Assembly: GCA_049515535.1 (NCBI GenBank)
Contig: JBEKTZ010000004.1
Coordinates: 124,001 to 188,000 of the forward strand
DNA length: 64,000 nucleotides
Direction: 5' to 3'
From: Candidatus Aminicenantales bacterium
Lineage (GTDB): Bacteria; Acidobacteriota; Aminicenantia; Aminicenantales; UBA4085
In this document: positions 7,551 to 16,811 of the stretch, piece by piece
Layout of the letters: each line of letters starts with the position of its first letter
How positions within the stretch are numbered: position 1 is the stretch's first letter
The notes under the pieces: generated by a model
The model's database searches: none
The model's input: the letters and a program-made list of their open reading frames with translations, nothing else
Told to the model about the DNA's origin: nothing
Position numbers and translations under genes: made by a program

Positions 7551-10325
7551 ATGTCAAATCCATCCGACGTCAAGGACACATTGAACTTGCCGCAGACGGC
7601 CTTTTCGATGAAGGCCAAGCTCGCTCAGAAGGAGCCCGAGATCCTCAAGAAATGGAAGGACGCGGGGCTCTACGAAAAGATCCAAGCCAGCCGAAAAGGG
7701 CGTCCGACGTTCGTTCTGCACGACGGCCCGCCCTATGCCAATGGCCATATCCATCTCGGCACGGCCATGAACAAGATCCTCAAGGATTTCATCGTCAAGT
7801 CCAGGACCATGCAGGGCTTTCTCGCGCCTTATCTTCCCGGCTGGGATTGCCACGGCCTGCCGATCGAGATCCACGTCGATAAGCTCCTGGGCGACCGGAA
7901 AAAGGATATGTCCGTCCTGCAAATCCGGGAGGAATGCAGAACTTACGCATTGAAATTCGTCGATATCCAGCGAGATGAGTTCATCCGGCTCGGTGTTTTC
8001 GGCGAGTGGGATCAGCCGTATTTGACGATGAACCCATCGTACGAAGCCGATGTTTTGCGCTTTTTAGCGGCGTTTTTCGCTTCCGGAAACGTTTTCAAGG
8101 GAAAGCGGCCGGTCCACTGGTGTCCCCATTGCCATACGGCCCTGGCCGAGGCCGAAATCATTTATAAAGACAAGATGTCGTCTTCGATCTACGTCAAATT
8201 TCCGATGATCTCCGATCTGTCCTCGACATATCCCGCTTTGAAAGGGAAAAAAGTCTCGGTTCTAATCTGGACGACCACGCCCTGGACGCTCCCCGCCAAT
8301 CTGGCCATCGCCTTTCATCCGGAATATGAATACGCCGCTTTCGCGGCCGGAAACGAGGTTTATATCGCGGCGAAGCGGCTGGTCCCTGTCCTCGCCGAGA
8401 TCTTCGGATTGGACGAGCCCGAGATTCTGGCCACGATCCTGGGCAAGGATCTCGAAGGCCTGAAAGCGCGTCACCCCTGGATCGACCGCGAGTCGCTTTT
8501 CGTTCTCGCCGATTATGTGAATTTCGACGATGGGACGGGATGCGTTCATACCGCACCCGGCCACGGCCAGGAAGATTACGTGACGGGAACGACCTACGGC
8601 CTGGATATCTACACGCCCGTGGACGAAGAGGGCAAATTCACGCCCGACGTCGTGAAATATGCGGGCCTCAACGTCTTCAAGGCCAATAAGCTCATCACCG
8701 AAGACATGCGCAAAGACGGCTCGCTCATCAAAGAAGGGGAGATCTCGCATTCCTATCCGCATTGCTGGCGATGCAAGAACCCCGTCATCTTCCGGGCCAC
8801 GGCCCAGTGGTTCATCTCCATGGATACGGCCGATCTGCGCGCCCGCGCGCTCGGAGAGATCAAGCGTGTCCGTTGGATCCCGACCTGGGGCGAAGAGCGC
8901 ATCGCCGCCATGATGGAGAACCGGCCCGACTGGTGCATCTCACGGCAGCGCTTCTGGGGCGTGCCCATCCCGGCGTTCGCCTGCCGCGACTGCGGCGATG
9001 TTCTCGCCGACGAAAAAATCGCCCTCCGCGTCGCGGAGATCTTCGAGAAGGAAGGGGCCAACGCCTGGTTCGTCCGGAGCGCTTCGGAAATTCTTCCCGC
9101 CGGCGCTCACTGCCCGAAATGCGGCTCGGCCCGACTGGAGAAAGAGAACAATATCCTCGACGTTTGGTTCGAATCCGGATCCAGCCACAGCGTTTTAGGC
9201 CGGCGGGATTTACCGTGGCCGGCGGACGTCTATATCGAAGGCCACGACCAGCATCGCGGCTGGTTCAACAGCTCGCTCGTGGTCGGCGTCGCCGCCCGGA
9301 ACGCGTCGCCGTTCAAGGCCTGCATCACTCACGGCTTCGTTCTGGACGAGCACGGCAAAGCCATGTCCAAGTCCGGGGGCAATTTCATCGAACCCAAGGA
9401 AATCATCCAGAAGGACGGCGCCGAGGTGTTGCGCTTGTGGATCGCGATGCTCAACTACAAAGAAGACGCTCCGTTCGGAGCGGAGATCCAGCAGCGGCTC
9501 ATCGAAGCTTACCGGAAAGTCCGCAACACATGGCGCTTCCTCCTCGGCAATCTCCATGATTTTGAGCCGGACAAGGACGCCGTCCCGGCCGCGGATATGG
9601 AGGCCCTTGACCGCTGGGCCCTGGAGAAAAACGCCGAGATCGGGAGAAAGGCGATCCGGGGATACGAGGAGTTCGAATATCATCCCGTCTTCCACACGAT
9701 CTACAATTATTTCACCGTGGAATTGAGCTCATTCTACCTCGATATTCTGAAGGACAGACTGTATTGCTCGGGCCGGGATTCGAGATTACGGCGCTCCGCC
9801 CAAACCGCGCTTTTCCGGATATTGAGGGATACGCTGCGTCTGATGGCGCCGATCCTGCCCTTCACGACCGAAGAAGCTTGGGAGGTTATGCCCGGATATC
9901 TTGGAAAAGAGGAGTCCGTGCATCTCGCCTTCTTTCCGGATTTCAGCGAGTCGTGGCTTTCGGCGGAGAGCCGGAAAGAATGGGACGAATTGATCGTCCT
10001 GCGGGAAAAAGTCATGAAGGAACTGGAATCGGCGCGCGAACGGAAGCTCATCGGCAATGCCCTCGAAACCCAGGTCAAACTGGCGGTTCCCGAGGCGCTC
10101 CTTCCCCTTGTCCTGAAATATCGGGATGAATGGCGGGCGTTGCTCATCGTTTCGGATGTCGTCGTGGAGGCGGCTTCCGGCGATGATCTTGGAATTACCG
10201 TGGCCAAAGCGCCGGGCGAGAAATGCCGGCGCTGCTGGAATTTCTCGCCTTTTGTCGGGACGAGCGTTTCCCATCCCCATTTCTGCAAACGCTGCGAAGA
10301 TGTCGTGAAAGAAGCCCGGCGATGA
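7551..10325 (+). CDS. ileS: Isoleucyl-tRNA synthetase (type 1)
   Basis: HDGPPYANGHIHLG, GWDCHGLPIE, WTTTPWTLPAN, DWCISRQR, AMSKS, C-terminal CxxC..CxxC; ATG after GGAG. Confidence 0.97.
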   Translation: MSNPSDVKDTLNLPQTAFSMKAKLAQKEPEILKKWKDAGLYEKIQASRKGRPTFVLHDGPPYANGHIHLGTAMNKILKDFIVKSRTMQGFLAPYLPGWDCHGLPIEIHVDKLLGDRKKDMSVLQIREECRTYALKFVDIQRDEFIRLGVFGEWDQPYLTMNPSYEADVLRFLAAFFASGNVFKGKRPVHWCPHCHTALAEAEIIYKDKMSSSIYVKFPMISDLSSTYPALKGKKVSVLIWTTTPWTLPANLAIAFHPEYEYAAFAAGNEVYIAAKRLVPVLAEIFGLDEPEILATILGKDLEGLKARHPWIDRESLFVLADYVNFDDGTGCVHTAPGHGQEDYVTGTTYGLDIYTPVDEEGKFTPDVVKYAGLNVFKANKLITEDMRKDGSLIKEGEISHSYPHCWRCKNPVIFRATAQWFISMDTADLRARALGEIKRVRWIPTWGEERIAAMMENRPDWCISRQRFWGVPIPAFACRDCGDVLADEKIALRVAEIFEKEGANAWFVRSASEILPAGAHCPKCGSARLEKENNILDVWFESGSSHSVLGRRDLPWPADVYIEGHDQHRGWFNSSLVVGVAARNASPFKACITHGFVLDEHGKAMSKSGGNFIEPKEIIQKDGAEVLRLWIAMLNYKEDAPFGAEIQQRLIEAYRKVRNTWRFLLGNLHDFEPDKDAVPAADMEALDRWALEKNAEIGRKAIRGYEEFEYHPVFHTIYNYFTVELSSFYLDILKDRLYCSGRDSRLRRSAQTALFRILRDTLRLMAPILPFTTEEAWEVMPGYLGKEESVHLAFFPDFSESWLSAESRKEWDELIVLREKVMKELESARERKLIGNALETQVKLAVPEALLPLVLKYRDEWRALLIVSDVVVEAASGDDLGITVAKAPGEKCRRCWNFSPFVGTSVSHPHFCKRCEDVVKEARR

Positions 10326-10795
10326 GACGCCATACGCCTTATTTCATTCTCATCGCCGTCCTGGTGGCCGTCGACCAGATCACGAAGGCTCTCGTTGCCG
10401 GAAGCGTGCCGAAATATGGCACCATGCCCGTCATTCCCGGCTTCTTCGACATCTCGCACGTCCCCAACACCGGGGCGATCTTCGGGATGTTTTCCGGATC
10501 CAGCAACAAGCTGGCGACGATTCTCCTGACCGCGGCCCAGATAGCGGCGATGGTCATGGTCATCTATTATTTTTTCAAAACGCCGGCTTCTCAAAAGGGC
10601 ACGAAATTCGCTTTGACCTTGATTCTGTCCGGCGCTTTCGGAAATCTCATCGACCGCGTCATGCACGGCTATGTGATTGATTTTCTGAGGTTTTATATCA
10701 AACGTTATGAATGGCCGAATTTTAACGTCGCCGATTCCTGCATTTCGATCGGCGCCGTTTTGCTCATCTTTTTCTTGATCACAAGGAGATCCTGA
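10322..10795 (+). CDS. lspA: Lipoprotein signal peptidase II
   Basis: DQITK, NTGAIFG, GNLIDR, VIDF, FNVAD; ATGA overlap with ileS. Confidence 0.95.
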   Translation: MRRHTPYFILIAVLVAVDQITKALVAGSVPKYGTMPVIPGFFDISHVPNTGAIFGMFSGSSNKLATILLTAAQIAAMVMVIYYFFKTPASQKGTKFALTLILSGAFGNLIDRVMHGYVIDFLRFYIKRYEWPNFNVADSCISIGAVLLIFFLITRRS

Positions 10796-11592
10796 TGCAT
10801 CCCATTTTATTTAAGCTCGGCCCGTTGACGCTTCATTCTTACGGCTTTTTCATGGCGGTCGGGGTCGTCTTCGCTCTCTGGTTCCTTTACCGGCAGGGCC
10901 AAAAGCAGGGCCTCGACGCGACCAAGCTCCTGGATGCCGCTTTTTACATCATGATCGTTTCCCTGCTCGGAGCCAAGCTCGTTCTTTTGGCCGGAAGCTT
11001 CTCCTATTATATCCAGAATCCCAAGGAACTATTCTGGGTGGCCAAGTCGGGCGGCGTATTTCAAGGGGGGCTGTTCTTCGGCATCGTTTTCGCCCTCTGG
11101 TATTTGCGCCGCAAGCGGATTCCAACCTGGAAAACGGCGGATATCGCGGCGCCGGCGTTGGCCCTCGGCCATGGCTTCGGCCGGATCGGCTGTTTCATGG
11201 CGGGCTGCTGCTATGGAAAAGAATGCGTGTTGCCGTGGGGGGCGACGTTTCATGACGAATATGCCCACAATCTGACCGGTATCCCCCTGAACGAATCGCT
11301 CCATCCGGTCCAGCTTTATGAGGCGGCCCTGAATTTCTTGAATTTTTTGGTTCTTTTTTTTCTTTTGCGAAAAAAGAAATTCGATGGCCAGATCTTTCCT
11401 TTATATGTCATCAACTATTCCCTTATCCGCTACTTCACGGAGTTCTTCCGGGGCGATCATTCTCCCAAGGCCATCCTTCTCCAGGGCTCTTCGGCGCTCC
11501 TGACCGTCTCCTATCCGCAGTTCTTTTGCCTCCTGGGCCTTATCGCGGGCGTAGCTCTCTACGTGATCTTCAAAAAGCGGCAACGTGCCTAG
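10795..11592 (+). CDS. lgt: Prolipoprotein diacylglyceryl transferase
   Basis: GG..FQGG, GRIGCFMAGCCYG, HPVQLYE, RYFTEFFRGD. Confidence 0.93.
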   Translation: MHPILFKLGPLTLHSYGFFMAVGVVFALWFLYRQGQKQGLDATKLLDAAFYIMIVSLLGAKLVLLAGSFSYYIQNPKELFWVAKSGGVFQGGLFFGIVFALWYLRRKRIPTWKTADIAAPALALGHGFGRIGCFMAGCCYGKECVLPWGATFHDEYAHNLTGIPLNESLHPVQLYEAALNFLNFLVLFFLLRKKKFDGQIFPLYVINYSLIRYFTEFFRGDHSPKAILLQGSSALLTVSYPQFFCLLGLIAGVALYVIFKKRQRA

Positions 11593-12520
11593 AAAGGAAT
11601 TTTTCGTCACGCCGGGATCGGGCGCGGACGAACGTCTCGACGTTTTCCTGGCCGGGAATTTTCCGGAGTTCACGCGCTCTCAATTCCAACGGTTCATTGA
11701 CCGGGGGTGCGTCGAGGTGAACGGAGCTTTCAAAAAGTCGAGCACCAAACTCAGGACGGGCGATCGCGTCGCCGTTGATATCGAGATTCCCGAAAGCGCC
11801 GGGATTGTCCCGGAAGATATCCCGCTCAAGATCCTCTTCGCGGATGACGACGTGATCGTCATCGACAAACCCTCCGGGTTGGTCGTTCATCCGGGCGCCG
11901 GAGCGCGGCGGGGGACGTTGGTGAACGCGCTGCTCCATCATTTTCCGGAAATCAAAGGCCTGGGCGGCGAAGAGCGGCCGGGCATCGTCCACAGGCTGGA
12001 CAAGGAAACTTCGGGCGTGATGGTCATCGCCCGCAGCCGTCGGGCTTATGAAGAGCTGCAGCGGCAATTCAAGTCACGAGAGGTTAAAAAAGTCTATTTG
12101 GCCCTGGTCTGGGGACGGCTCCCCGGGACCGAAGGCCGCTTTGACTGGCCGATCGGCCGCCATGTGAAGCATGGCCAGCGCATGTCCATCAAAACAAGGA
12201 AACCCAGGGCGGCGGTCACCGACTACCGCATTCTGAAGGAATCCAAATTGTACAGCCTGTTGGAAGTCCGCCCCGTCACGGGGCGGACCCATCAGATCCG
12301 GGTCCATTTATCCGCGGCTGGACATCCCCTGGTCGGGGACCGGCGCTACGGCCCGGGCCGCTCTCCTAAACGCATGTTTCCGCGGCTTTTTCTCCACGCC
12401 CATCGCCTTTCCTTTTGCCACCCTGGCACGGCCAGGCCGGTCGCGTTCGTCTCTCCTCTTCCGGACGACCTCGCCATGATCCTGAAATCCATTGAATGGA
12501 ATTCGTCACCTAGTGTATGA
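11585..12520 (+). CDS. rluD: RluA-family 23S rRNA pseudouridine synthase with S4 domain
   Basis: RLDVFL S4 domain, KPSGLVVHP, HRLDKETSG, TGRTHQIRVH. Confidence 0.9.
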   Translation: MPRKEFFVTPGSGADERLDVFLAGNFPEFTRSQFQRFIDRGCVEVNGAFKKSSTKLRTGDRVAVDIEIPESAGIVPEDIPLKILFADDDVIVIDKPSGLVVHPGAGARRGTLVNALLHHFPEIKGLGGEERPGIVHRLDKETSGVMVIARSRRAYEELQRQFKSREVKKVYLALVWGRLPGTEGRFDWPIGRHVKHGQRMSIKTRKPRAAVTDYRILKESKLYSLLEVRPVTGRTHQIRVHLSAAGHPLVGDRRYGPGRSPKRMFPRLFLHAHRLSFCHPGTARPVAFVSPLPDDLAMILKSIEWNSSPSV

Positions 12521-12556
12521 TATCCCTTAATTTTTCCGAAAATTGGAGATTTTATC

Positions 12557-14650
12557 ATGAAGGATTACACGGCCGATAAGATCAGGAATATCGCGTTCAT
12601 CGGGCACGGCGGCGCCGGAAAGACCTCGCTCACGGCCGCGGTTCTTTTCGCCGCCGGCGCGACCGGCCGCCTGACCAAAGTGGATAAGGGCAATACCGTG
12701 ACGGACTTCGAGCCGGAGGAGATCGATCGCAAGATCTCGATCAGCTCGGCGATGTGCTTCGTCGAATGGAAAGATCATAAAATCAATATCGTCGACACGC
12801 CCGGGTACAGCAATTTCCTCTGGGACGCGAAAGCCAGCCTGCGGGCCGTGGACGCGGCGGCCGTGCTGGTCGACAGCGTGGCGGGCGTCGAAGTCGGAAC
12901 GGAAAAAGTCTGGGAAATGGTCGAGGAATTCGGCCTGCCCCGGATCCTCGTCGTCAACAAGATGGACCGGGAGAACGCCAATTTCGACCAGGCCGTGGAA
13001 TCCATCCGACAGTTCTTCGGCCGGCAGGCCGTCCCCATCCAGCTCCCCATCGGCGAGGAGAAGAATTTCCGCGGCGTCATCGACCTGATCGCCCAGAAAG
13101 CCTATGTTTTCGAGAAAGACGAGAGCGGGAAAGTCAAGGAGGACGCCATCCCGGCCGAACTCAAGGCTGAGGCCGAAAAGCGCTTCAAGGAACTCGTCGA
13201 GATGATCGCGGAAAACGACGAGAAGCTGATGGAAAAATATCTCGAAAAGGGCGAGCTGTCGGCGGACGAGGTCAAAGAGGGATTTAAGAAAAGCGTCCTC
13301 AACCATCAGCTCTTTCCCGTCTTCGCCGTGTCGGCGCTGCAGAACATCGGCGCGCAGACGCTTCTCGACGGCATCATCGGCCATGTACCGTCCCCGCTCG
13401 AACGAGGCGAGATCGCGGTTCAAATCAACGGCAAAGACGGCCTCCTCGAGCCGAGTTCCGACGGCCCGTTCGCGGCGCTCGTCTTCAAGACGCTCTCCGA
13501 TCCGTACACCGGCCGAATTTCGCTGATGCGCGTTTTTTCCGGGAAGGCCAACCCCGACGCCTTGGTGACGAATCTCCGGCAAGAAACCGACGAGAAAATG
13601 GGCGGCCTGTTTTTTCTTCAGGGCAAGGATCAGATCCCGGCCGGCCAGGCCAAAGCGGGAGATCTCGTCGCCACGGCCAAGCTGAAAGCGACGGCGACCG
13701 GCGATACGCTTTCGGCCAAAGGGTCGGGCATCGAAATTCCCCGGATCAAGTTTCCCGAGCCGTCGATCTCGTTCGCGATCGAGCCCAAGACCCGGGCGGA
13801 CGAAGACCGGATCTCCCAGGCCTCTCACCGCCTGATGGAGGAGGACCCGACGCTCAGCTTCGAACGCGACCCCGACACGAGCCAGCTCCTCATCTCGGGC
13901 AACGGCGAACTTCACGTCAGGATTGTCACCGAGAAATTGAAGAAGCGCTACAACGTCGATGTCGAGCTCAAGCCGCCCAAGGTCTCCTACAAAGAAACGA
14001 TCAAGGGCAGAGCCGACGTCCAAGGCCGCCACAAAAAACAGACAGGAGGCCGGGGACAGTTCGGCGACATCTGGATCAAGATGGAGCCGCTTCCACGGGG
14101 CAAGGATTTCGAGTTCGAGGACAAGATCTTCGGCGGCTCTATCCCCAGGAACTTCATCCCATCCGTCCAAAAGGGCATGGAAGAATCCAAAAAGAAAGGC
14201 ATCCTCGCGGGTTACCCGGTCGTCGACTTCAAAGTCATCCTCTACGACGGATCCTATCATGACGTCGATTCGTCCGACATCGCCTTCAAAATCGCCGCGC
14301 ATAAAGCGTTCAAGCTGGCGATGCAGGAGGCCAAGCCGACCATTCTCGAGCCCGTCATGAACGTCGAGATTTATACGCCCGAAACCTACATGGGCGACAT
14401 CATGGGAAATTTGAACGGCCGGCGCGGGAAAGTCCAAGGCATGGAGCAGAAAGGCCTAATGCGCATCCTGAAGGCGATCGTGCCCATGTCTGAAATGCTC
14501 GACTTCGAGCCGACGCTGACGTCGATCACGGGCGGACGCGGCTCGTACATGATGGAATTCTCTCATTATGAGGAAGTCCCCGCCCACCTGCAACAGAAGA
14601 TCATCGCCGAAGCGGTCAAAGAGGGACGCATCAAGCAGGAAGAAGAATAG
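12557..14650 (+). CDS. fusA2: Elongation factor G-like protein (EF-G2 type paralog)
   Basis: Full EF-G domain set. GHGGAGKT; RKISI in place of RGITI; DTPGY in place of DTPGH; not in an rpsL-rpsG-tuf context. Confidence 0.88.
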   Translation: MKDYTADKIRNIAFIGHGGAGKTSLTAAVLFAAGATGRLTKVDKGNTVTDFEPEEIDRKISISSAMCFVEWKDHKINIVDTPGYSNFLWDAKASLRAVDAAAVLVDSVAGVEVGTEKVWEMVEEFGLPRILVVNKMDRENANFDQAVESIRQFFGRQAVPIQLPIGEEKNFRGVIDLIAQKAYVFEKDESGKVKEDAIPAELKAEAEKRFKELVEMIAENDEKLMEKYLEKGELSADEVKEGFKKSVLNHQLFPVFAVSALQNIGAQTLLDGIIGHVPSPLERGEIAVQINGKDGLLEPSSDGPFAALVFKTLSDPYTGRISLMRVFSGKANPDALVTNLRQETDEKMGGLFFLQGKDQIPAGQAKAGDLVATAKLKATATGDTLSAKGSGIEIPRIKFPEPSISFAIEPKTRADEDRISQASHRLMEEDPTLSFERDPDTSQLLISGNGELHVRIVTEKLKKRYNVDVELKPPKVSYKETIKGRADVQGRHKKQTGGRGQFGDIWIKMEPLPRGKDFEFEDKIFGGSIPRNFIPSVQKGMEESKKKGILAGYPVVDFKVILYDGSYHDVDSSDIAFKIAAHKAFKLAMQEAKPTILEPVMNVEIYTPETYMGDIMGNLNGRRGKVQGMEQKGLMRILKAIVPMSEMLDFEPTLTSITGGRGSYMMEFSHYEEVPAHLQQKIIAEAVKEGRIKQEEE

Positions 14651-14705
14651 ACGCCGCTCGGAGATTTATCGGCCGCTCAGAGGAAGAAATCTTGGACGAT
14701 CGCTT

Positions 14706-15293
14706 TCACGGCGTGGGATGTTCCCAATCGATCTTCCCGTAATATTTCTCGATCTCACTCATGAGGTCGGTCAGCTTCGCTTTCATGATGACTAGATCAT
14801 GCATTTCCCCGGCCTGGTCGCGGACATAGCTCGGCAGGATGGTCTCGCCTTTGAAACCCATTTTGCGACAAAGGCTTTGCGCGGCGAGCTGGGGCTTCAT
14901 CATCCAGCAGACGACGGTATCGACGTTTTTGCGGAGGGCGAGACAATAGATTTCCCGCATCAAGAGCATCCCAAGGCCCTTGCGCTGTAGATCGGAGGCC
15001 ACAATCACCCGGATCTCGCCTTGATGGCGACGCCATTCCTCGAAAGGAAGCTCCAGGGCCGCTTCGCCGATCATCTCGTCGCCCCGGAAGGCGCCGAGCC
15101 GGAAATGATAGCCGAATTCTATGAACTTGAGTCTCTGTTCGACCGTTTTCCTGTTCGTTAAGTCGACTCGAAGATAATTCCGGTCATCGGCAGACAGACC
15201 GGTGAAGAACTTCATTAGGGTATCGAGGTCTTGATTGGACAATTCTCTTATAGTGAGCGTTGTCCCGTCTTTGAGGGTTTCGGTTTTCGGCAT
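14706..15293 (-). CDS. GNAT family acetyltransferase
   Basis: LKDG..LTIR N-terminus, VASDLQRKGLG acetyl-CoA loop, KMGF. Confidence 0.8.
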   Translation of the reverse strand: MPKTETLKDGTTLTIRELSNQDLDTLMKFFTGLSADDRNYLRVDLTNRKTVEQRLKFIEFGYHFRLGAFRGDEMIGEAALELPFEEWRRHQGEIRVIVASDLQRKGLGMLLMREIYCLALRKNVDTVVCWMMKPQLAAQSLCRKMGFKGETILPSYVRDQAGEMHDLVIMKAKLTDLMSEIEKYYGKIDWEHPTP

Positions 15294-15322
15294 GAAACTC
15301 TCTCCTTCTTGGCTCTGTTCAA

Positions 15323-15351
15323 ACTATAGGTTGGACCCTCTGAAATGTCAA
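15323..15351 (-). promoter_or_regulatory. Sigma-70 promoter of the GNAT gene
   Basis: TTGACA-N17-TATAGT on the minus strand. Confidence 0.7.
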
Positions 15352-15446
15352 GGTCAACCGATTCGATTTTGGAGAATTCCGCGAGGAGGAATGCCGCCCG
15401 ACAAATCCAAGGCGAGATTTGGAACCGGGCTCCGCGGCAAGCGAGC

Positions 15447-16649
15447 TCAAAATCCCCGTTGCTTTGCGAGGGGCATCCTCCGCTCTTTCACGAAATGAAG
15501 CATGATGCCTGCGGCAACGGTCAACCCCAGGGACAGAGTGAACGGCGCATACATCCCGAAACGCTCCCAGAGCAAACCGGCCAGGGCCGAGGCCGGCAGG
15601 GCGCATAAACCGATGATCATCTGGAACGCGCCCAGGGCGCTGGCCCGGAATTGGAGAGGGCAGATCTCGGTCACCATGGTCCTTTGGACCGGCTCAAGGG
15701 CGGCCTTGTGGACACCGTAAAGCACGAACATTCCGACAATAGCGATCGGGCTGCGGCCGAAAATGATCCCGGCGGAGACGCCGGCCCAGAAAAGAAAGGC
15801 CAGGAAGAGCACCGGCTTTCGCCCGATCCTATCCGAAAGTTTTCCGAAGGGGAGGGAGAACATGGCGGCCGCGGCCGTATAGATCAGGTACAAAACAGGG
15901 ACGAATCCCATCCCGAAGCCGGATTTCGCGGCATAGATCATCAGGAACGAATAGGAGAAGGCCCCTAGGGCGTAGACGGCGTTCAGGGCGATGTACAGAC
16001 GCAGGTTATTGTCGATATCCTTGAGGGCCAGACCTTTGTAGATCTTCGCTTCCGGTTTTTGCTCCTTGATATTGAGGATGATCAGGAGAGCGCCGACGAA
16101 AGAGGGAATTGCCGCGACGGCAAAGAGCAGCCGGAAGCCGAGAATCTTCAGGAAGGCGATGCTGATCAGGATGCCGGTGACGGCGCCGGCGTTGTCCATG
16201 GTTCGCAGCAGGCCGAAATTCCGGCCGCGCGTCGACTCCGAAGACATATCCGCGACGAGCGCGTCGCGCGGGGCGCTCCGGATTTTTCCCACCCTGTCTA
16301 AAACTTTGAAAGGGATGAGGTGCTGCCAGACCGCTGAGATCGCGTAGCCCAGTCGCGAGAGCGAACCGCAGAGATATCCTGTCCAGATAAAGACCTTGCG
16401 TTTCTTGATCCTGTCCGACCAATAGCCCGAGACGGCCTGGGACAGCGAGACGAGGGCTTCGCCGAGCCCGTCCAGAAATCCGAGCGCGGCCATGTTGGCT
16501 TTGAGCACGATCGTGACGAAAAGCGGCCAGATCGGATAGATGATGTCCGAACCCATGTCGTTCAAAAAAGAGGCGGCGGCGAAAACGCGGAGAGATTTCC
16601 CGCGTTCCGGGTTTTCCCCGTCCCGTTCCGTTTTCTTCGTGTCGCTCAT
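15447..16649 (-). CDS. MFS transporter
   Basis: About 12 hydrophobic segments; GYWSDRIKKRK and GKLSDRIGRK motif A copies. Confidence 0.9.
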   Translation of the reverse strand: MSDTKKTERDGENPERGKSLRVFAAASFLNDMGSDIIYPIWPLFVTIVLKANMAALGFLDGLGEALVSLSQAVSGYWSDRIKKRKVFIWTGYLCGSLSRLGYAISAVWQHLIPFKVLDRVGKIRSAPRDALVADMSSESTRGRNFGLLRTMDNAGAVTGILISIAFLKILGFRLLFAVAAIPSFVGALLIILNIKEQKPEAKIYKGLALKDIDNNLRLYIALNAVYALGAFSYSFLMIYAAKSGFGMGFVPVLYLIYTAAAAMFSLPFGKLSDRIGRKPVLFLAFLFWAGVSAGIIFGRSPIAIVGMFVLYGVHKAALEPVQRTMVTEICPLQFRASALGAFQMIIGLCALPASALAGLLWERFGMYAPFTLSLGLTVAAGIMLHFVKERRMPLAKQRGF

Positions 16650-16748
16650 CGTTCAAAAAGAAAAAAATTATACTCCAAATCGTCCCTCCGGGGTAACGGT
16701 TTTTGAATGCGGAGCCCCCTTTAATGAGCGCGGGCGGGGGAGCCGGAA

Positions 16749-16777
16749 TTGACTTGGCTCCGGACCGAAGATATGAT
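16749..16777 (+). promoter_or_regulatory. Sigma-70 promoter of the ChaN-PDZ gene
   Basis: TTGACT-N17-TATGAT. Confidence 0.65.
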
Positions 16778-16811
16778 ACCGGAAAAAAGCCGCGGAATCG
16801 AAGGAGGCATC

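Noticed and set aside
9166..9176. tRNA T-loop-like GGTTCGAATCC
   Set aside because: Lies within the ileS coding sequence (WFES); no cloverleaf.
12527..14437. Long antisense ORFs (also 4737-5987, 19973-21421, 43396-45153, 49201-50361)
   Set aside because: Expected shadow frames of GC-rich genes, opposite well-supported CDSs.
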